64,000 nucleotides of DNA from NCBI RefSeq assembly GCF_009914755.1, contig NC_060926.1, one strand, 5' to 3'. Under the pieces are notes generated by a model that saw only the letters and a list, made by a program, of their open reading frames with translations, was not told where the DNA came from and did not search any database. The position numbers and the translations under genes were made by a program. How positions within the stretch are numbered: the stretch's first letter is position 1; each line of letters begins with the position of its first letter. This document shows positions 15,889 to 31,470 of the stretch, one piece after another. This stretch comes from the human T2T-CHM13v2.0 reference genome, Homo sapiens.

Positions 15889-18388
15889 ATACAGAGTAAT
15901 TAGTTGAACTGGAATATTCTTGAACATAAGAACCCTGAACTCAACTACGAATCTGTTCTCTGTCCATGAAGTTGGGAGTCCGTGGGAGGAAGCAGGTCGT
16001 GCTGCCGCCTGAGCCAGCATGCTCCTTTGGATGCATGTTCAACCTTCCCTCTGTACTGGGAACGTAGCCTGGACTCCTGTCTGCTTGTGTGGAGCTGAGG
16101 CCCCACTTACCTGCTATGTGTTCTTAGACTACTGCTGCCTGCACTGTTGACCTTTCGGAAGCTCACAATTCACCTGGTTCCCTGACCGGTGACTGCTGAC
16201 ATAGTCTACTTTGTAGGACACCTTTGCTCAAGTCGGGTAACCTGGCCACACCAATCACCACCATGACTTCTAGTTAAAATAAGAAGGTAAGCTCTTAAAC
16301 ACTCAGAACCCTTGTTGAAAATCCACCTTCTGACCCCATTTCAGAGAAGAATTTGGAAAGGGGGCAATTCCAAGTGCCTGGTGTTACTGACTGGATCTCC
16401 AATGCACATGCAGGAAGTCATGCTTCCATTTAACTTGGAAACTCAAGGAGCTCTGTCCAGGAAGGACAACTGCTGACTTTGGGAACAAGGAGACTCCTAT
16501 TTGGACCATACTCTCTAAGTTCTGGAAGGTCACACCTGAGGCAGTACTATAGATGGAAACCTTGAACTACCTCCCGCTAAAATTGTTACCAGTCCCAAGT
16601 GCTTGCCTAGACCCTGGCCCTGATATCTCTTTATTCCTGTCTCTTCACTGATTTTGACGCCAGCCTGGACCCAACCCTCAGCCTGACAGCCCAGGGTGAC
16701 CCGCCCCTCTTCAGTCAATGTTCATGCTCAGCAATTCCGTTTATGAATGGATGGTTTCTCTGTTGCTCTGGTCCCTGCAGCTGTCTGGCCACACACTCTG
16801 CAGGGCCCTAGCTGTGCCATCAGTGAGGCCTGAAAGATTGGAAGTGGAGTGAGCACTGTGGCAGAGGAGTTGAGGGGGTGATGGGGAGAGAACAGTTGAT
16901 CAGGGCAAAGCATTCTTACTCATCTTCTGCATTTCTCCTTGGATACTCCTGACACAGTTTGTCAAGAGCAGGCGACTCATGAGTCATTTGTTGACTGTGT
17001 GATTTTATTCCCCTCCCTGTAAGAAAAATACTAGAGAAGTAGAGCTAAGTTCACTTTTGTTTTATCTACCCTCTTTCTGCTTTTCCCAGCAGGCTTTGCT
17101 GCCATGAGCAAGCCCAGATATGTCCATCATGGCATCTTTTTCTTTGTCCAGCAGTCTCAGAGTTAACCTGGCATCAGGAGCACAAAAAAGCAACGCAGAT
17201 GTTGGGTGCTTTCTTTCCAAAATACCATGTCTGAACCTAAATGTGGGATGATTAGGTCACTCACTTGCCAAGTAGCATATACATCACAAAATATTCAGAA
17301 TTATTACAGTGCCACAGGGAAAGGCAAAGAACATCTAGTAGTAGTGTAGGATCTTCATTCATTTATTCAACCAATCATTCAGAAGTATTTATCAAATGCT
17401 GTTATGCACTAGATGATACATCTGTGAACAAAACAAAGATTCCTGCTCTCATTTTACTGACATTCTATCCAGCAAGTAACAAATCAACATTCTCCAAGAT
17501 TTGGGGTGAAGTGAATCTTTTATCTAGGTTCTCAATGGTCATTTTAGGAGTTGTAGCTTCTATACTCTTTCTAATTTGCTGTTTATTTGCTCAGTCCAGT
17601 GAGTTGTGTGAGCGGGGAAAACAATTCTTGTTCTTTGGGGTGACATTAAGCACACCATTTTAAAGAGAGTCATTTACAGGTTAGTTAATTTATTTTGTAG
17701 CCAGTGTAATATTTGGTCACCTGACAAATAGCTGAATTTGAAGTGGATGCTCCAAATCCCCTGTTAGGAGGACTGAAACATAGTCTACTGTGACCTAAAA
17801 CAGCGTCTTCCTAAATGGTCAATATTTGTTTGTTGCGTGCTTGAAGAGAATGTTTATTCTCCCATTATTGGGTATAATATTCCATATTTGTCCATTAGAT
17901 CTGTGCTGCTCAATTTTATTTATCCTAATTGTTGTGTTGCCTGATATATCACTTATGAGATATGTCAGAAATTTATGACTATGATAGAGTTGTCAGTTTT
18001 TCTTTGAGGTATGGTGCTTTTTGCTTTATATAATTTGAGGCTATATTATTAGGTGCATGTAAGTTTAGGATTATCTTCTCTTCCAAGTAAGTTGAAACTT
18101 TTATCTTTGTTTTGTGGCCCTCTCTGATGTCAAAGTTATGCTTATATGCTACTAAGTTATGTTTATTGCCTTAAAGTCTGTCTGACATTAACAGATGTAT
18201 GGTAGATTCCTTTTGTTAGTATTTACCTGGTATTTGTTTTTTCTCCTTTTACTCTTTAAGTTTTCTGTTTTTAGATTTCAGATGTGTTTCTTGAGAACAA
18301 TGTTTGCTAGGTTTTAAAACATCCTGTGTGATGACTCTTAAATCTTTTTAACTGGAGAGATTATATGTTTATTATGATTACTAAAGTA

Positions 18389-18533
18389 CTTTTTGTTTTG
18401 TTTTGTTTTTGTTTTGTAGACAAGGTGTCACTTTGTTGCTCAGGCCAGTCTCACAAACTCCTGGGCTCAAGTGATCCTCCCTCGTAGGTCTCCCAAAGTG
18501 CTGGGACTACAGACATGAGCCACTGTGCTCAGC
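18389..18533 (-). mobile_element. FLAM / Alu monomer
   Basis: Single left-arm-like monomer with (TTTTG)n tail. Confidence 0.85.
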
Positions 18534-19625
18534 TGAAGTACTTATTTATTTTTAACTATTTTATATTATAGTTGGTATTTGTCCCATTTTTTTCTGCCTT
18601 TTTTTCCCCTTTATTACATTTTTCCTCTACTAATTGGAACTTCTGTTCAAATTAATTAATTAAATTTCAATTTAATTAATGAAAATTTTAAGTTAATTTT
18701 TCTCCTCCCAAATATGAAGACCTTAGAATGATTTATTACTTACATGTTACTGTTATCCAGTATTATTTTCTATGAAGCACACTATATTTCCTCACTTTTT
18801 TGTCTTGCCTCTCAAAATTCCCATCTGGGACAATTTCCTTTTGCCTCAAGGGCATTATTTAGATTTACTTTAGTGAGATTTTGTTAGTAGCAAACTTTTT
18901 TCTTCATCTAAAATATCTCTATTTTATCAATTGTTGAAAGATAGTTTTGCAGGGTATACAAATCTAGGGTGATGGTGATGTTCTCTCAGCACATTGAAGG
19001 GATTCTTTTCCTGTTGTCTGGCTTCCATGGTTGCTCTTGAAAGTCCTGCTGCCCATCCAGTTGCTGTTCCTTATTAGATAATCAGTGTTTTCTCTGGCTG
19101 CATTTAAGATGATTCCCTTGACTTTGGTAATCTGCAGTGTCATGGTGATTGTCTCCAGGAATAGATACATTTTAAATTATTCTGCTTGGGGTTGTTAGGC
19201 TTCCTGAATCTAAGAATTGGTGGTTTTCATAAATTTTGGAAAATTTTCTTTTGAATATTTCCTAGACCCCATTCCCTCGAATATCTCTTGCTAGAACTTG
19301 AGTTTTGCATGTGTTAGGTCACTGTCTGTTGATTTTACTCTCCCTTTTATATTTTCTGTCTTTTGTCTCTGCATTCTGCAATCTGGATAATTCCTTCAGA
19401 TCTGTGTTAAACTTTAGTAATTCTCACTCTACCTGTGTCTCAGCTTCTTTTTAACCAATCTATTGGGGTTTTTAAGAAAAATTAATAAATTCTTATTCCA
19501 GAAATTATCTTTTCTTCTTTTCTCAAATTTCAAATTGCTTGGTCTTCATTTTCTAAAAATAATCCCTTCTTCCTTGCTTTATTTTTAAGCCTCATGTTTA
19601 TATCTTTAAACATATTAAACATACT

Positions 19626-19957
<332 letters not shown>

Positions 19958-20590
19958 TGATCCTCAAGTATTTGAGGTCATTGTGAATCTGATTTTGTTC
20001 TTTGTTGTTTCTGCTGGATCCCATCCAGGGTGACCTTTTTCCTTGTACATTTGGTGAAATTTGACCAGGATCCTAATCCTTGGAACTTGATCTGTGAGAA
20101 TTTTTTGAAGGCTGGGTTAAAGTTACCTCTGCAGAGGATTTGTGTTTGTTCTGCTACACACCTGCAGGCTGTCAACCTGAAACCACTCGAAATGATCTCT
20201 TAAGGATTTTCAAACCACGCAGTGGGAATTTGGGCCTGAACCTTGTGTGAAGGTCAGTTTGGGACTAGGACTATTTGGGAGAGGCTAACTTTCTCCTTGG
20301 CATTGAAAAAGGCATGTTCCCTTCCTGTCCCTTCCGTGTGGGCGGGTTTATTCCTCATGTCCATTAATACTGAGCACATCCTTCCTTTGAGGTCGAGCTT
20401 TACAAGCAAGGGTCTCTTCTTAGGCATACCCCTCCCCTCCAAGGATGGGCTTCATCTCTGGCCTCCTGCCTTATCCACACAATATCAAAAAGGCTTGGGC
20501 CGGGGCTCCCCTCCTGTGAGCATGCTAGTTCAACCCTGTTACTCTCAGGACCCCACTTCCTCTCTGTGTTTGGCCCCAGCAGACTCCTGA

Positions 20591-20911
<321 letters not shown>

Positions 20912-21015
20912 TTAGCTCAACAGTTATTCAGAAGTTTCCTATTCTCTTATTCTTTTTAGCTGACTTCAGTAGGAGGCTGTCCAGGGTATACACTGAAACC
21001 ACATGCAGTTAATAA

Positions 21016-21385
<370 letters not shown>

Positions 21386-21602
21386 TTCTCTGCTTAGTTC
21401 CTCTAGCTGAGGGTGATATAGGCAGGTCCCTTCTTCTTCCATGTTGTCTGTAGTTGGGCACACACCCCCAACCAGCACTATGGTGTGAGGGGCTGTGCAT
21501 GTACCAACAGATATGCTTGTGGCAAGCGCTGATGCTTCAGTCCCATCTAGGTGAAGATTCCTGTGGGGAGTCAATGCTTCCTCTCATCTCTGAATTCAGC
21601 TG

Positions 21603-21621
21603 TGTGCCCTCTAGTGGCACC
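21603..21621 (-). promoter_or_regulatory. Candidate CTCF site
   Basis: Reverse strand reads GTGCCACTAGAGGGCACA, matching the CTCF core CCASYAGRKGGCRS. Confidence 0.55.
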
Positions 21622-21782
21622 TTGGACTTTGGACCAGTCAAGTCTTTTATCATTCAGAAGATCAATGACTTTTGTGCTTTCCTGTTAACGCTGTTCTGAC
21701 AGCCTTCTGCCAGCTAGCCTGGGTGTCCCATCACACTGCCCTGGGCAACCTGTTGCCTTCTCTTCAATGCCATGCTCTAAGG

Positions 21783-21972
21783 CAGGGGTTGGCCAACCAC
21801 TGCCTGTGGGCCACATCTCACCCACTCACCCACAGCTTATTTTTGTAAATAAAGTTTTATTGGAACACAGCCACACCCGTTCATATTACCTTTGGCTACT
21901 TTCCCACTGTGGTAGCCCATCAAACTGAAAATATTTACCATATCTCACTTTGCAAAGAGTTTTTCAGCCTGG
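21783..21972. mobile_element. MER58 (hAT-Charlie)
   Basis: ttttgtaaataaagttttattggaacacagccac signature. Confidence 0.8.
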
Positions 21973-22020
21973 CTTTAAGGTCCTGAGCTAGGATGCTTGC
22001 TGCCCACCTCTTCTTCTTCC

Positions 22021-22324
22021 TTGTTTTTTTTTTTTTTTTTTTTAAAGACAGTCTTACTCTGTCACCCAGGCTGAAGTGCAGTGATGTGATCTCTGCTCAC
22101 TGCAACCTCTGCCTCCCAGATTCAAGCGATTCTTGCACCCCAGCCTCCTGAGTAGCTGGAATTACAGGCACATGCTGCTGTGCTTGGCTAATTTTTGTAT
22201 TTTTGGTAGAGACAAGGTTTCTCCGTGTTGGCCAGGTTGGTCTTGAACTCCTGGCCTCAAGTGATCTGCCCGCCTTATCCTCCCAAAGTGCTAGGATTAC
22301 GGATGTGAGCCACCACGCCTGGCC
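22021..22324 (-). mobile_element. AluS
   Basis: Dimeric Alu with poly-T head. Confidence 0.93.
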
Positions 22325-22914
22325 TGCCTACTTCTCTCTTCTTAACTCTTCCCTAGAGCATCCTGTATCCAGGCCTTCACCTCCTCATTAACCACACTTG
22401 TCACCTCTTCAGCTCCAGCGTTGCTCCACTGAACTTTTCCTGCTGTCCTCAGCTTGCTCATGATTTGCCCTTTGAAACACTAGAAATTCATCTCTGCATG
22501 CTGAAAGACATTGTAGTAGCTTGCCCTTGGAAACCCTTACTTAATTTAGTTAGACGCTTAAAGTCTCTCCACTCCACATCAGGGACCTCATTCCACTCTT
22601 CATGGGTCTTCTGTTGCAGACCCTTTGGGGGAAGGCAGATATCTTGACTCCATCCATTTACACATTCAGTCCAAATACACATTTCAAGCAGCAGATAGTC
22701 TTGGGAATGCAACAGCAACAACAAACTTGTAACACAGCAAGTTAAATAGCATTTAATGGCACTAGAGGAGTTCTCCTTTTGAGTCATCAGCTTGAGCAGT
22801 GAAGAATTAATTTGTACTGGAAACCATCACCAGCAAGTGTGTTTTGTGTAAGTGTTCACCAATATGCTTTCTGTGGCTGCAAGAGCACAGGCTGTTGATG
22901 GCCTTGTGGTCAGA

Positions 22915-23110
22915 AGTGTGCAACCTGGAATCAGACTGCTTAGTTGGGAATCCTTGCTCTGCACTGACTAACCAGTGGGCATTGGCAAGTCACTCTCACT
23001 GTGCCTCAGTTTCCTCATCTGGACAAAGGCAAACATGACAAAATGAGATAATATATTTTAAACTACTTAGAACCATGCCTGCAACCTAGGAAGCCGTCAA
23101 ATGTAATTCA
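22915..23110 (+). mobile_element. MIR
   Basis: ctgtgcctcagtttcctcatctg core; cttagaaccatgcctg. Confidence 0.75.
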
Positions 23111-23714
23111 TTATCATAATATATTATTTAATCTTTCTGACTTTGTCTTTCCTGCTGTAAAATGGAAATCATAATAACAAACTTTTATTTTAAGGAGTAA
23201 CCATGATAGATTTAAAGCACCAAAGCAGGAGACACTGTAGGAGCCAAATACATGGTAGATAGATACCATTTTCTGGGGTTTCATTTATATTTGTTCTCTA
23301 TCTCCCTTTTCCTACTGAGGCTATTTATAAATTCCTTTTTCAAAGGAAATGGTTTCTAGAAACATCTAGAACCTAGTGGCCATCCTCAGCATGGTGGATC
23401 TTTGGTAGCTTCTTACTGCCTCACTCTAGAGCTGAACACTGGATGAGAAGCCCAGAAAAGTTTGGTCTCTTGTCTGCTAACTCTGTTTACCAAGACTCAG
23501 CATCCACCTCCAGGAAGTCCTCCCTGATCCCTAACCCCCTACCACCTTGGTGCGTCTGTGGCATCCTGAGATCCTATTTGTCTTCTGGAGCAGAGACTGG
23601 TGTCATTCATCTGCATATCTATTGTGACTAACAGACTAAGTTCTAGTAAGTACCAAAGACTTCCTGGTTCAATGAATGAATAAATGAATGCCAGTTAAAA
23701 TCTATTTGAAAACT

Positions 23715-23965
23715 GGCCAGGCGCAGTGTCTCATGCCTGTAACCCTAGCACTTTGGGAGGCTGGGGTGGGCAGATCACTTGAGGTCAGAAGTTTGACACC
23801 AGCCTGGCCAATATCGTGAAACCTCATCTCTACTAAAATTAAAAAAATTAGCCAGAAATTGCTTGAACCCAGGAGGCGGAGGTTGCAGCGAGCCAAGACT
23901 GTGCCACTGCACTCCAGCCTGGGCGACAGAGCGAGACTTCATCTCAAAAAAAAAAAAAAAAAAAA

Positions 23966-23967
<2 letters not shown>
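23715..23967 (+). mobile_element. AluS with a deletion of roughly 45 bp at the start of the right arm
   Basis: ttagccag joined directly to aaattgcttgaaccc. Confidence 0.9.
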
Positions 23968-24042
<75 letters not shown>

Positions 24043-24091
24043 CATACACACATATGTGTATATATATATATTTTTTCAAATATATATATAT
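23968..24091. repeat. Compound (TA)n(CA)n microsatellite at the Alu tail
   Basis: Directly visible. Confidence 0.95.
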
Positions 24092-24665
24092 TTGAAAACA
24101 CACAAGGAAGCTACCTTAAGAAATTTGCAGTATGATTCATTTTCTCAATACAACAATACTGAATCTCACAAGAGCACTATATATTGTATCCCTTTTTTTA
24201 ACCTATCTCCAAATTTCACAGTTAATGGAAATATGCCCAGAAAGTAACCCCCAAAGTATATGCCAACTCAGCTACATAGATAGTCCTTTAAACCTCTGTA
24301 TTTTCTCCTTTACATTTTGTTGAAACACCATTTCATTTTCTTATGCTCTCTATAAAAATATTTTGTAACTACGATATTATAAAGTGCTTACTTTCATAGC
24401 AATGGAGCGGGGATTCATTTGTGAGTGGATTAGGATTGCAGTTTGAGCAGGGCTGCTGCACAGGTGTAATGGATGCACAAGTAAGCTCCAAAATCCCAAC
24501 CGCTATCATACCTGAGCATCATACCTGCCCTGTTCCTCCCCATCATAACTGTCTGTAGCTTTAAAGGCTTAAAGACAGAAATGTCTTCCCATTTTGGTCA
24601 ACCTGAAAAATAAGAGGGGCTTCTAGAAGCCTTTGTTCAGCTGGCAGTTTTATATATAACCAACT

Positions 24666-24943
24666 CTTTTTTTTGTTTTTTGTTTTTTTTTGAGATGGAG
24701 TCTTGCTCTTGTTGCCCAGGCTGGAGTGCAGTGGCGTGATCTCGGCTCACTGCAGCCTTCACCACCTGGGTTCGAGCCTTCTGTGTAGCTGCCTCAGCCT
24801 TCTGAGTAGTTGGGACTACAGGTGCATGCCACCACACCTGGCTAATTTTTTTATCTTTAGTAAAGACAGGGTTTTACCATGTTGGCCAGGCTGGTCTCAA
24901 ACTCATGACCTCAAGCAATCCGCCTGCCTCGGCCTCCCAAAGT
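24666..24943 (-). mobile_element. AluS, 5'-truncated
   Basis: Ends at ctcccaaagt; TSD tatatataaccaactctt. Confidence 0.9.
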
Positions 24944-25153
24944 ATATATAACCAACTCTTAATTGTTGAGCAAGTAGAGGAAAGTAATGGAGTACAACCC
25001 ACATGATGGAGCAGAACAACGATTGGTCATGTTTGATTTTGCCATATGCGGAGCACCCCACATTGCCTTGTACAAGGTGGAGGCATAGTCTCTGCTTTAC
25101 CCAAGAAGCTGAGAATTCTCATATAGCAACTACCACTTAAAAAGATAAAAATG

Positions 25154-25445
<292 letters not shown>

Positions 25446-25759
25446 GATAAAAATGAAGTAAACATCAGTTTTCTGCAAGCGTTCTCACAGCCCTGCAAAA
25501 TGTGGCCAAGGCAGAGAATGCCCAGAACCCGGGGCCGTTTCCTCCAGGCTGTCTCCTATCCTAGAATTCCAGGGGCTCTCATGCCAGGCCCCACACCAAG
25601 GACCCAAGGAGACGGATGGGCCCCGGTGACTGTGGTGGGCCTCATGCTGGATCATTTGTCTATTAAGTTTCTATTTATTGAAAATGAATGTGGAATCCAA
25701 GACATACAACAGGTTGATATTTTTATCATTTTTAGGATGAAAAGCTTAAGCCCATGTGC

Positions 25760-26150
25760 TCTATCCATACAATACAGTGGAATATTACTCAGCCTTGAAA
25801 AGGAAGGAAATTCTGACGCATGCTACAACATGGATGAACCTTATGGGCGTTATGCTAAGTGACATAAGCCAGTCACAGAAGGACAAATGCTGCATGATTC
25901 CACCTACCTGAGTCACTTAGAGTTGTCAGATTCCTAGATACAAAAAGCAGAATGGTGGTTGCCAAACGCTGGGGAAAGCAGGCAATGGGGAGTTAGTGTT
26001 TAGTGGGTGCAGTTTCTGTCTGATGGTTGCACAATAGTGCAAATGGACTTAATGCCATTGAACTGTACATTTAAAGACAGTTAAAATGGTAAATTTTTAA
26101 TTATATGTATTTTACCACAATTTTTAAAAATAAAATTTTTAAAAATTAAA
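25760..26150 (+). mobile_element. L1MB-like 3' end
   Basis: gccttgaaaaggaaggaaattctgac...gaactgtacatttaaag. Confidence 0.85.
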
Positions 26151-26153
26151 AGC

Positions 26154-26154
<1 letters not shown>

Positions 26155-26200
<46 letters not shown>
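26155..26200. repeat. (CA)n microsatellite, about 23 units
   Basis: Directly visible. Confidence 0.97.
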
Positions 26201-26201
<1 letters not shown>

Positions 26202-27877
26202 CATGTAGGGATCACACAGATGTGAGCATGATGCCCCAGTGTTGGCATGAGACAGTCGCTTTCCTTAGCTGGTTCCTACACAGCGCGGCTCCTGGACGCG
26301 CAGCTTGTCGAGGCTTGAAAGGCGCGGGCAGGGCTGCCTCCCCTTAGCTTTGTAGACCGAAGGTCGTTTACTTTGGCATTTTTAACAAAGATTTAAAGTT
26401 TCTGGAATTTGCCAGCCTGCTTGGTCCCGAGGCCCAGATTAAGCAGCATGCACTTTTTTCCTTAAACGCAGAACAATGGCAGACGGCATGAAAGCTTTCC
26501 CAGGGTTATTTTTCCCTTGAAGTAACAAAAGGGGAGACGGATGAGGAAAAAACACCCACATGGAATCAAATACCGCAGAAAGCAAACTTCAAGCCACGTG
26601 ATATTAGCACAGAAGGGAAATGGGAGGATGGGTTAAAACCGTGTGAAGTGCTCAGAGTTCTGAAGTGAGGGCTCTTAAGCTATTTTTAGCCTCAAAAATG
26701 CTATAAATCCTGTTATCCCATTACACTCCAGTGGATCGAATTATTTGCTTTTCTCTACCTTTACCACTCTAATTTTTTTTTGTTTGAGTAAATGAGAGCA
26801 GGCCTTCTCAGAGGCAGCTGACATCAGACAGAGACTTCCTTTGCGGCCTCTCTGGTTCTGTTCCTCTCTTCCCCGTAGCTGGTATTTGTAGTGACACCTG
26901 GGAGCCACAGATTTGCTTAGCAACCTTTCTCCAGGGTGAACAGGGTATTCACAACTCCTGAACCAAGGCGTGTGGCTGGTATCATTTTGTGGGGCCAGAA
27001 CGCATTGCGTGGAGAAATTCAGTGATGACCTGGTCCCCACGCCTGCTGCTCAGGGCCCCATCACCCTCGTGACTGTCAGTGGTGCTGCTTCCCACGTCTC
27101 CTAAGAGGGCTTCAGGAGAACGTAGAACGAGGTATCTGTCTCTTCCTTTCGGACCTGGCCTTTCCATTTGGCCATATGTCAGAATTTCCAGCTGCCCTAG
27201 GGGCCCAGGAATCTGTATTTTAGTTGCTTTCCAAATAATTCTGCTGCCCAGCTGTATTTGGAGACTATAGCCTTAAATCAGTGATTCCCCGTCAGTGGTG
27301 ACTCATGAAGAGCTTAGATGTGGGCCTGGTGTGTGGTTGGTGGCAAGGGGAGTCTTTCAGATCCCTTCTGCTTGTTGCTGTTGGTGGCAGGAGCGTGCAT
27401 GTTATGGTGGCTCAGGCCTAATCCCATCTGTTTGGGCATCTCGCCTGTCTGGAAAACAGGTCCCGGAGCCATGCACACCAAGCTCCTAGGGAAGGCAGAG
27501 AGCACTCCCCGACTCTTAACAAAGACATGTGGAGGTGGACGTCTGCCCTTAAGCACTCAGGGTTCAAGAAATGCTGCAAAGAACAAGAGCTGCAGCCACC
27601 AGGAGATGCAGGTGACTCCCATGGACCAGAAAAAGGACAGAAACATGACAGAAAACTGGTAGAAGAACCAAAGAGGTTTGGCATTTCACAGGGCACCTGA
27701 CTCTGGAGCCCACAGTCACCCTCCTCGGGGCCCTCTCCATCAACGTCATGGATCAAGTTCCTCCTGATGACCAAGCCACCAAAGAGAGCTGATGGTTATG
27801 TTCAGTTGACTCTGCTGAGGCAGTCAGGGCAGTGTGATCTCCTCCTGGGAATTGCTGTATTTGAAATGATTGAAATA

Positions 27878-28161
27878 GGCTGGGCGCAGTGGCTTATGCC
27901 TGTAATCCCAGCACTTGGGAGGCTGAGGCAGGCGGATCACGAGGTCAGGAGATCAAGACCATCCTGGCTAACACAGTGAAACCCCGCCTCTACTAAAAAT
28001 ACAAAAAAATTAGCCAGGCGTGGTGGCAGGTGCCTGTAGTCCCAGCTACTCTGGAGGCTGAGGCAGAAGAATGGCATGAACCTGGGAGGCGGAGCTTGCA
28101 GTGAGCCGAGATCGCGCCACTAGAGTGAGACTCCGTCTCAAAAAAAAAAAAAAAAAAAAAA
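27878..28161 (+). mobile_element. AluY with a small right-arm deletion
   Basis: AluY diagnostics; TSD gaaatg(a/g)ttgaaata. Confidence 0.92.
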
Positions 28162-29494
28162 GAAATGGTTGAAATAAGAGAGCTTTCTGGAAGAGTTGCT
28201 TCTAAAGATTGTTTTTCTTTACAGTTGGAGCCATGCAAGCATTGGCCAAGCAGCCTTCAGCCTCCCCTCCCCTCAGGTGGGCTCACAGCCCCAAGGGTTT
28301 TCACGGGGGACCTTGTCACTTGAGAGTATCCTGTGAGTGTCATAGCACCCATTTTACACAGCACCATGTGCATTTTCTGATATGTTTTTGCACCCTGTGA
28401 TTACTGTTCCAACCTTCATTGGTCAATTGAATATGGCGTGACTCATCACCGAAGCAGCTTGGCTTGGCATCCCTCTTAGGGAACCCCATCATTTGGCTCA
28501 AGTGCAGCCATGTCTTCAGCCGGTGCATCCTTTTTATTTCATTTCACATACTGCCTTGTAAGAATGCCAAGGACCTTCTCTTGTACAATACCAGGGACCA
28601 AGTAAAATGAAATTATCAAACAGTAAACATGGCTGAAACACTACATAAAAAGTGCTGGAAACTTATAGTCTGGGGCCTGCAGAATTTATCAGTTACGTGT
28701 GGTATAGCTAATACCAGAGTGCTGTTCTTTGTAGGCCCCGTGGACCTGCCGTGATTGCAAAAAGTGGTGACGAGTCAGCATTCCCCTATGTCCACGGAAG
28801 GTTGTTTGGCAGCAGCTGAGACAAGCAGCCTGTGACAGAAGACAGCCTCCAGGGACCAGGTCAGTGCGTGTGGCCGTGCAAGGAGCAGTGGCCCTGGCTC
28901 CAGATGCTAGGGAAAGCTGGGCAGAAGGCAAAAAAATATAGAGGACTGTCCGAGGAGCTCGGGAGGGAGCCAGGAGTGAGGCAAGCAGCATTCCCTGACA
29001 TTTCTGCCTAAGCAAGGGCTCTGCAGGCCAGGAGGAGACTGTCACCCACAACGGAATGTCCTTCTTTGGAAGCAGCTGAGGACCTGGAAAACCAGCAGTT
29101 CCTCTTTCCAGCGTTGGACAAGGACATGAGAAAGACCCACAGCAACAAGCTGGAGAATAGCTCCCTCTGTGACATTGAAGCAAGAAGAAAAGGCATGGAG
29201 AGATTTGGCTACTTTGTTTGTTCTTCTAAAGGAACACCTGGTTTTAACCGTCAACTGAAATGGCCGTGTGTGGTACATTAAGTTCAGTAAGAATATACAC
29301 TTTCAGCTATCTGCTAACAGAATCAAGGTAACTTTGCGGTTTTGTTTCAAAAAAAGTTTTCTAATTTTGGTGGCATTGATTTTGTAGATTCTCACTGATA
29401 CCCAACTATAAGGGAGAGATGTTTACTTGTTTGAAATTCATCTGAGTCCAAATAATATAACCTGGGTTTTAAACGTTCACCGCTAATTTTTTTA

Positions 29495-29829
<335 letters not shown>

Positions 29830-29909
29830 GCCTTCTAAATATTTTCATGAAGGTGCAATAGATCTCCAGGGCACATGTTGCTAAACATGAATCATTTGCT
29901 TCATTGATA

Positions 29910-30370
29910 ATTATATTTTAAGATAAATGTTATTGTATTTAGGGTTTACAACGTATTACGGGATATGTATAGACAGGAAACGGGTTACTATAGTGAAGCA
30001 AGTTAACATATCCATCATGTTACAGTTACTTTTTTGTGTGACAAGAGGAGCTAAAAATATACTTATTTAACAACAGTTCCTAATGCACTACAATGTTATT
30101 AACTACAATCCTCATGTTACTCTAGCCTTGCTGACCCCCCCTCACCTGCTACTTTGTATCCTTTGAACTCTACTTCCTCCTTTTCTCTCTCCCTTCCTTC
30201 CATCCGTCCCAAACCCCTGGTAACCACTATTTTCTTCTCTTATCTCTGTTTTTTTAATTCCGCATGTAAGTGAGATCATGCAGTATTTTTCTTTCTGTGT
30301 CTGACTTACTTTGCTTAGCATAATGTCCTCCAGGCCCGACCATGTTGTGGGAAATGGCAGGACCTCCTGA
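29910..30370 (-). mobile_element. L1MA-like 3' end
   Basis: gttaacatatccatc; gtaagtgagatcatgcagtatttttctttctgtgtctgactt. Confidence 0.8.
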
Positions 30371-30799
30371 TTCCCTTTTTAGAGACAGTGCTCACTGTGG
30401 CCAGGCCTTTCTTAATATCGTGCTTCACACTGGATATGGTGCTGTGTTCTTTGCAAAAGGATTTCACTTTTTTAGGTTAAAAAACAACCATCAACAAGGG
30501 ACAAGATGTGTCCTAGCAGCCACTCAAGGAGAGAGGCTCCGAATCAGTGGTCAGGAGAGTCAGCTCTGGGGTTGGCCACTGGTGGCCTGCACGGCTGAGG
30601 GCTGGTCCCTCCACACAGGGACACCGGGCCCACTTCTGAAAACCACATTTCAGGGTGTCTTTGACAGTCAAGAAGTGGGGAGCAACTGAAGATATTTGGC
30701 CTGAAATGGGGGACCTCTGGGGGGGACAAGATCACTCTGCTCCAATATCTGAAGGCCAACTGCATCCCTCGGATGGCTTTAATTTAAAAGAATTCTTTT

Positions 30800-31470
30800 G
30801 AAATAGAAAATAACAAGTGTTGGTGAGCATATGGAGAGATTGGAACACTCATACATGGCTGGTAGGAATGTAAACTGGTGCAGCCGCTGTGGAAAACAGT
30901 TTGGTGGCTCCTCAAACCGTTAAAACATAGAATTACCATATGACCCAGCAGTTCCACTCCTTGGTCTATACCCAAGAGAAATGAAAACATATGTCCCTGC
31001 AGAAACTTATGTTAACTTATGAACAATGTTCACAGCAGCGTTATTCATAATAGCCAAAATATGGAAGCGACCCAAGCACCCATCAGTGGATGAATGAAGA
31101 AAATGTGGTACCATATGTATATATATAGGAATATTATTCAGTCTTAAAGAGGAAGCAAATTCTGAAATATGCCCGAATGTGGAGGGACCTCGAAAGCATT
31201 ATGCTAAATGAAAGACGCCATGGCAAAAGGTTGTATAGTCCCTCTCTGTGAATATCCAGAAAAAGAAAATCCCTTGAGACAGGGAATTGGGGGAGGTGGG
31301 AGTGAGAGCATAGCTCAGTGGGTACAGGCTGTTTCTCTGAGGAAATAAGAAGGTTTTGAATCCAGAGAAAGGTGGTAGTTGCACAACATTATGAATGCAG
31401 TGAACACCACTGAATTGTACATTTTTAAATGGTTAATTCTATGTTATGTGAATTTTACCTCAATTTAAAC
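30800..31470 (+). mobile_element. L1MB-like 3' fragment
   Basis: aataacaagtgttggtgag...ttaccatatgacccagca...tatgtgaattttacctcaat. Confidence 0.85.

Noticed and set aside
16974-16986. 12-bp palindrome gactcatgagtc overlapping an AP-1 site
   Set aside because: A single short motif with no other support
28689-29183. 164-aa minus-strand ORF
   Set aside because: No recognisable homology or promoter/polyA structure
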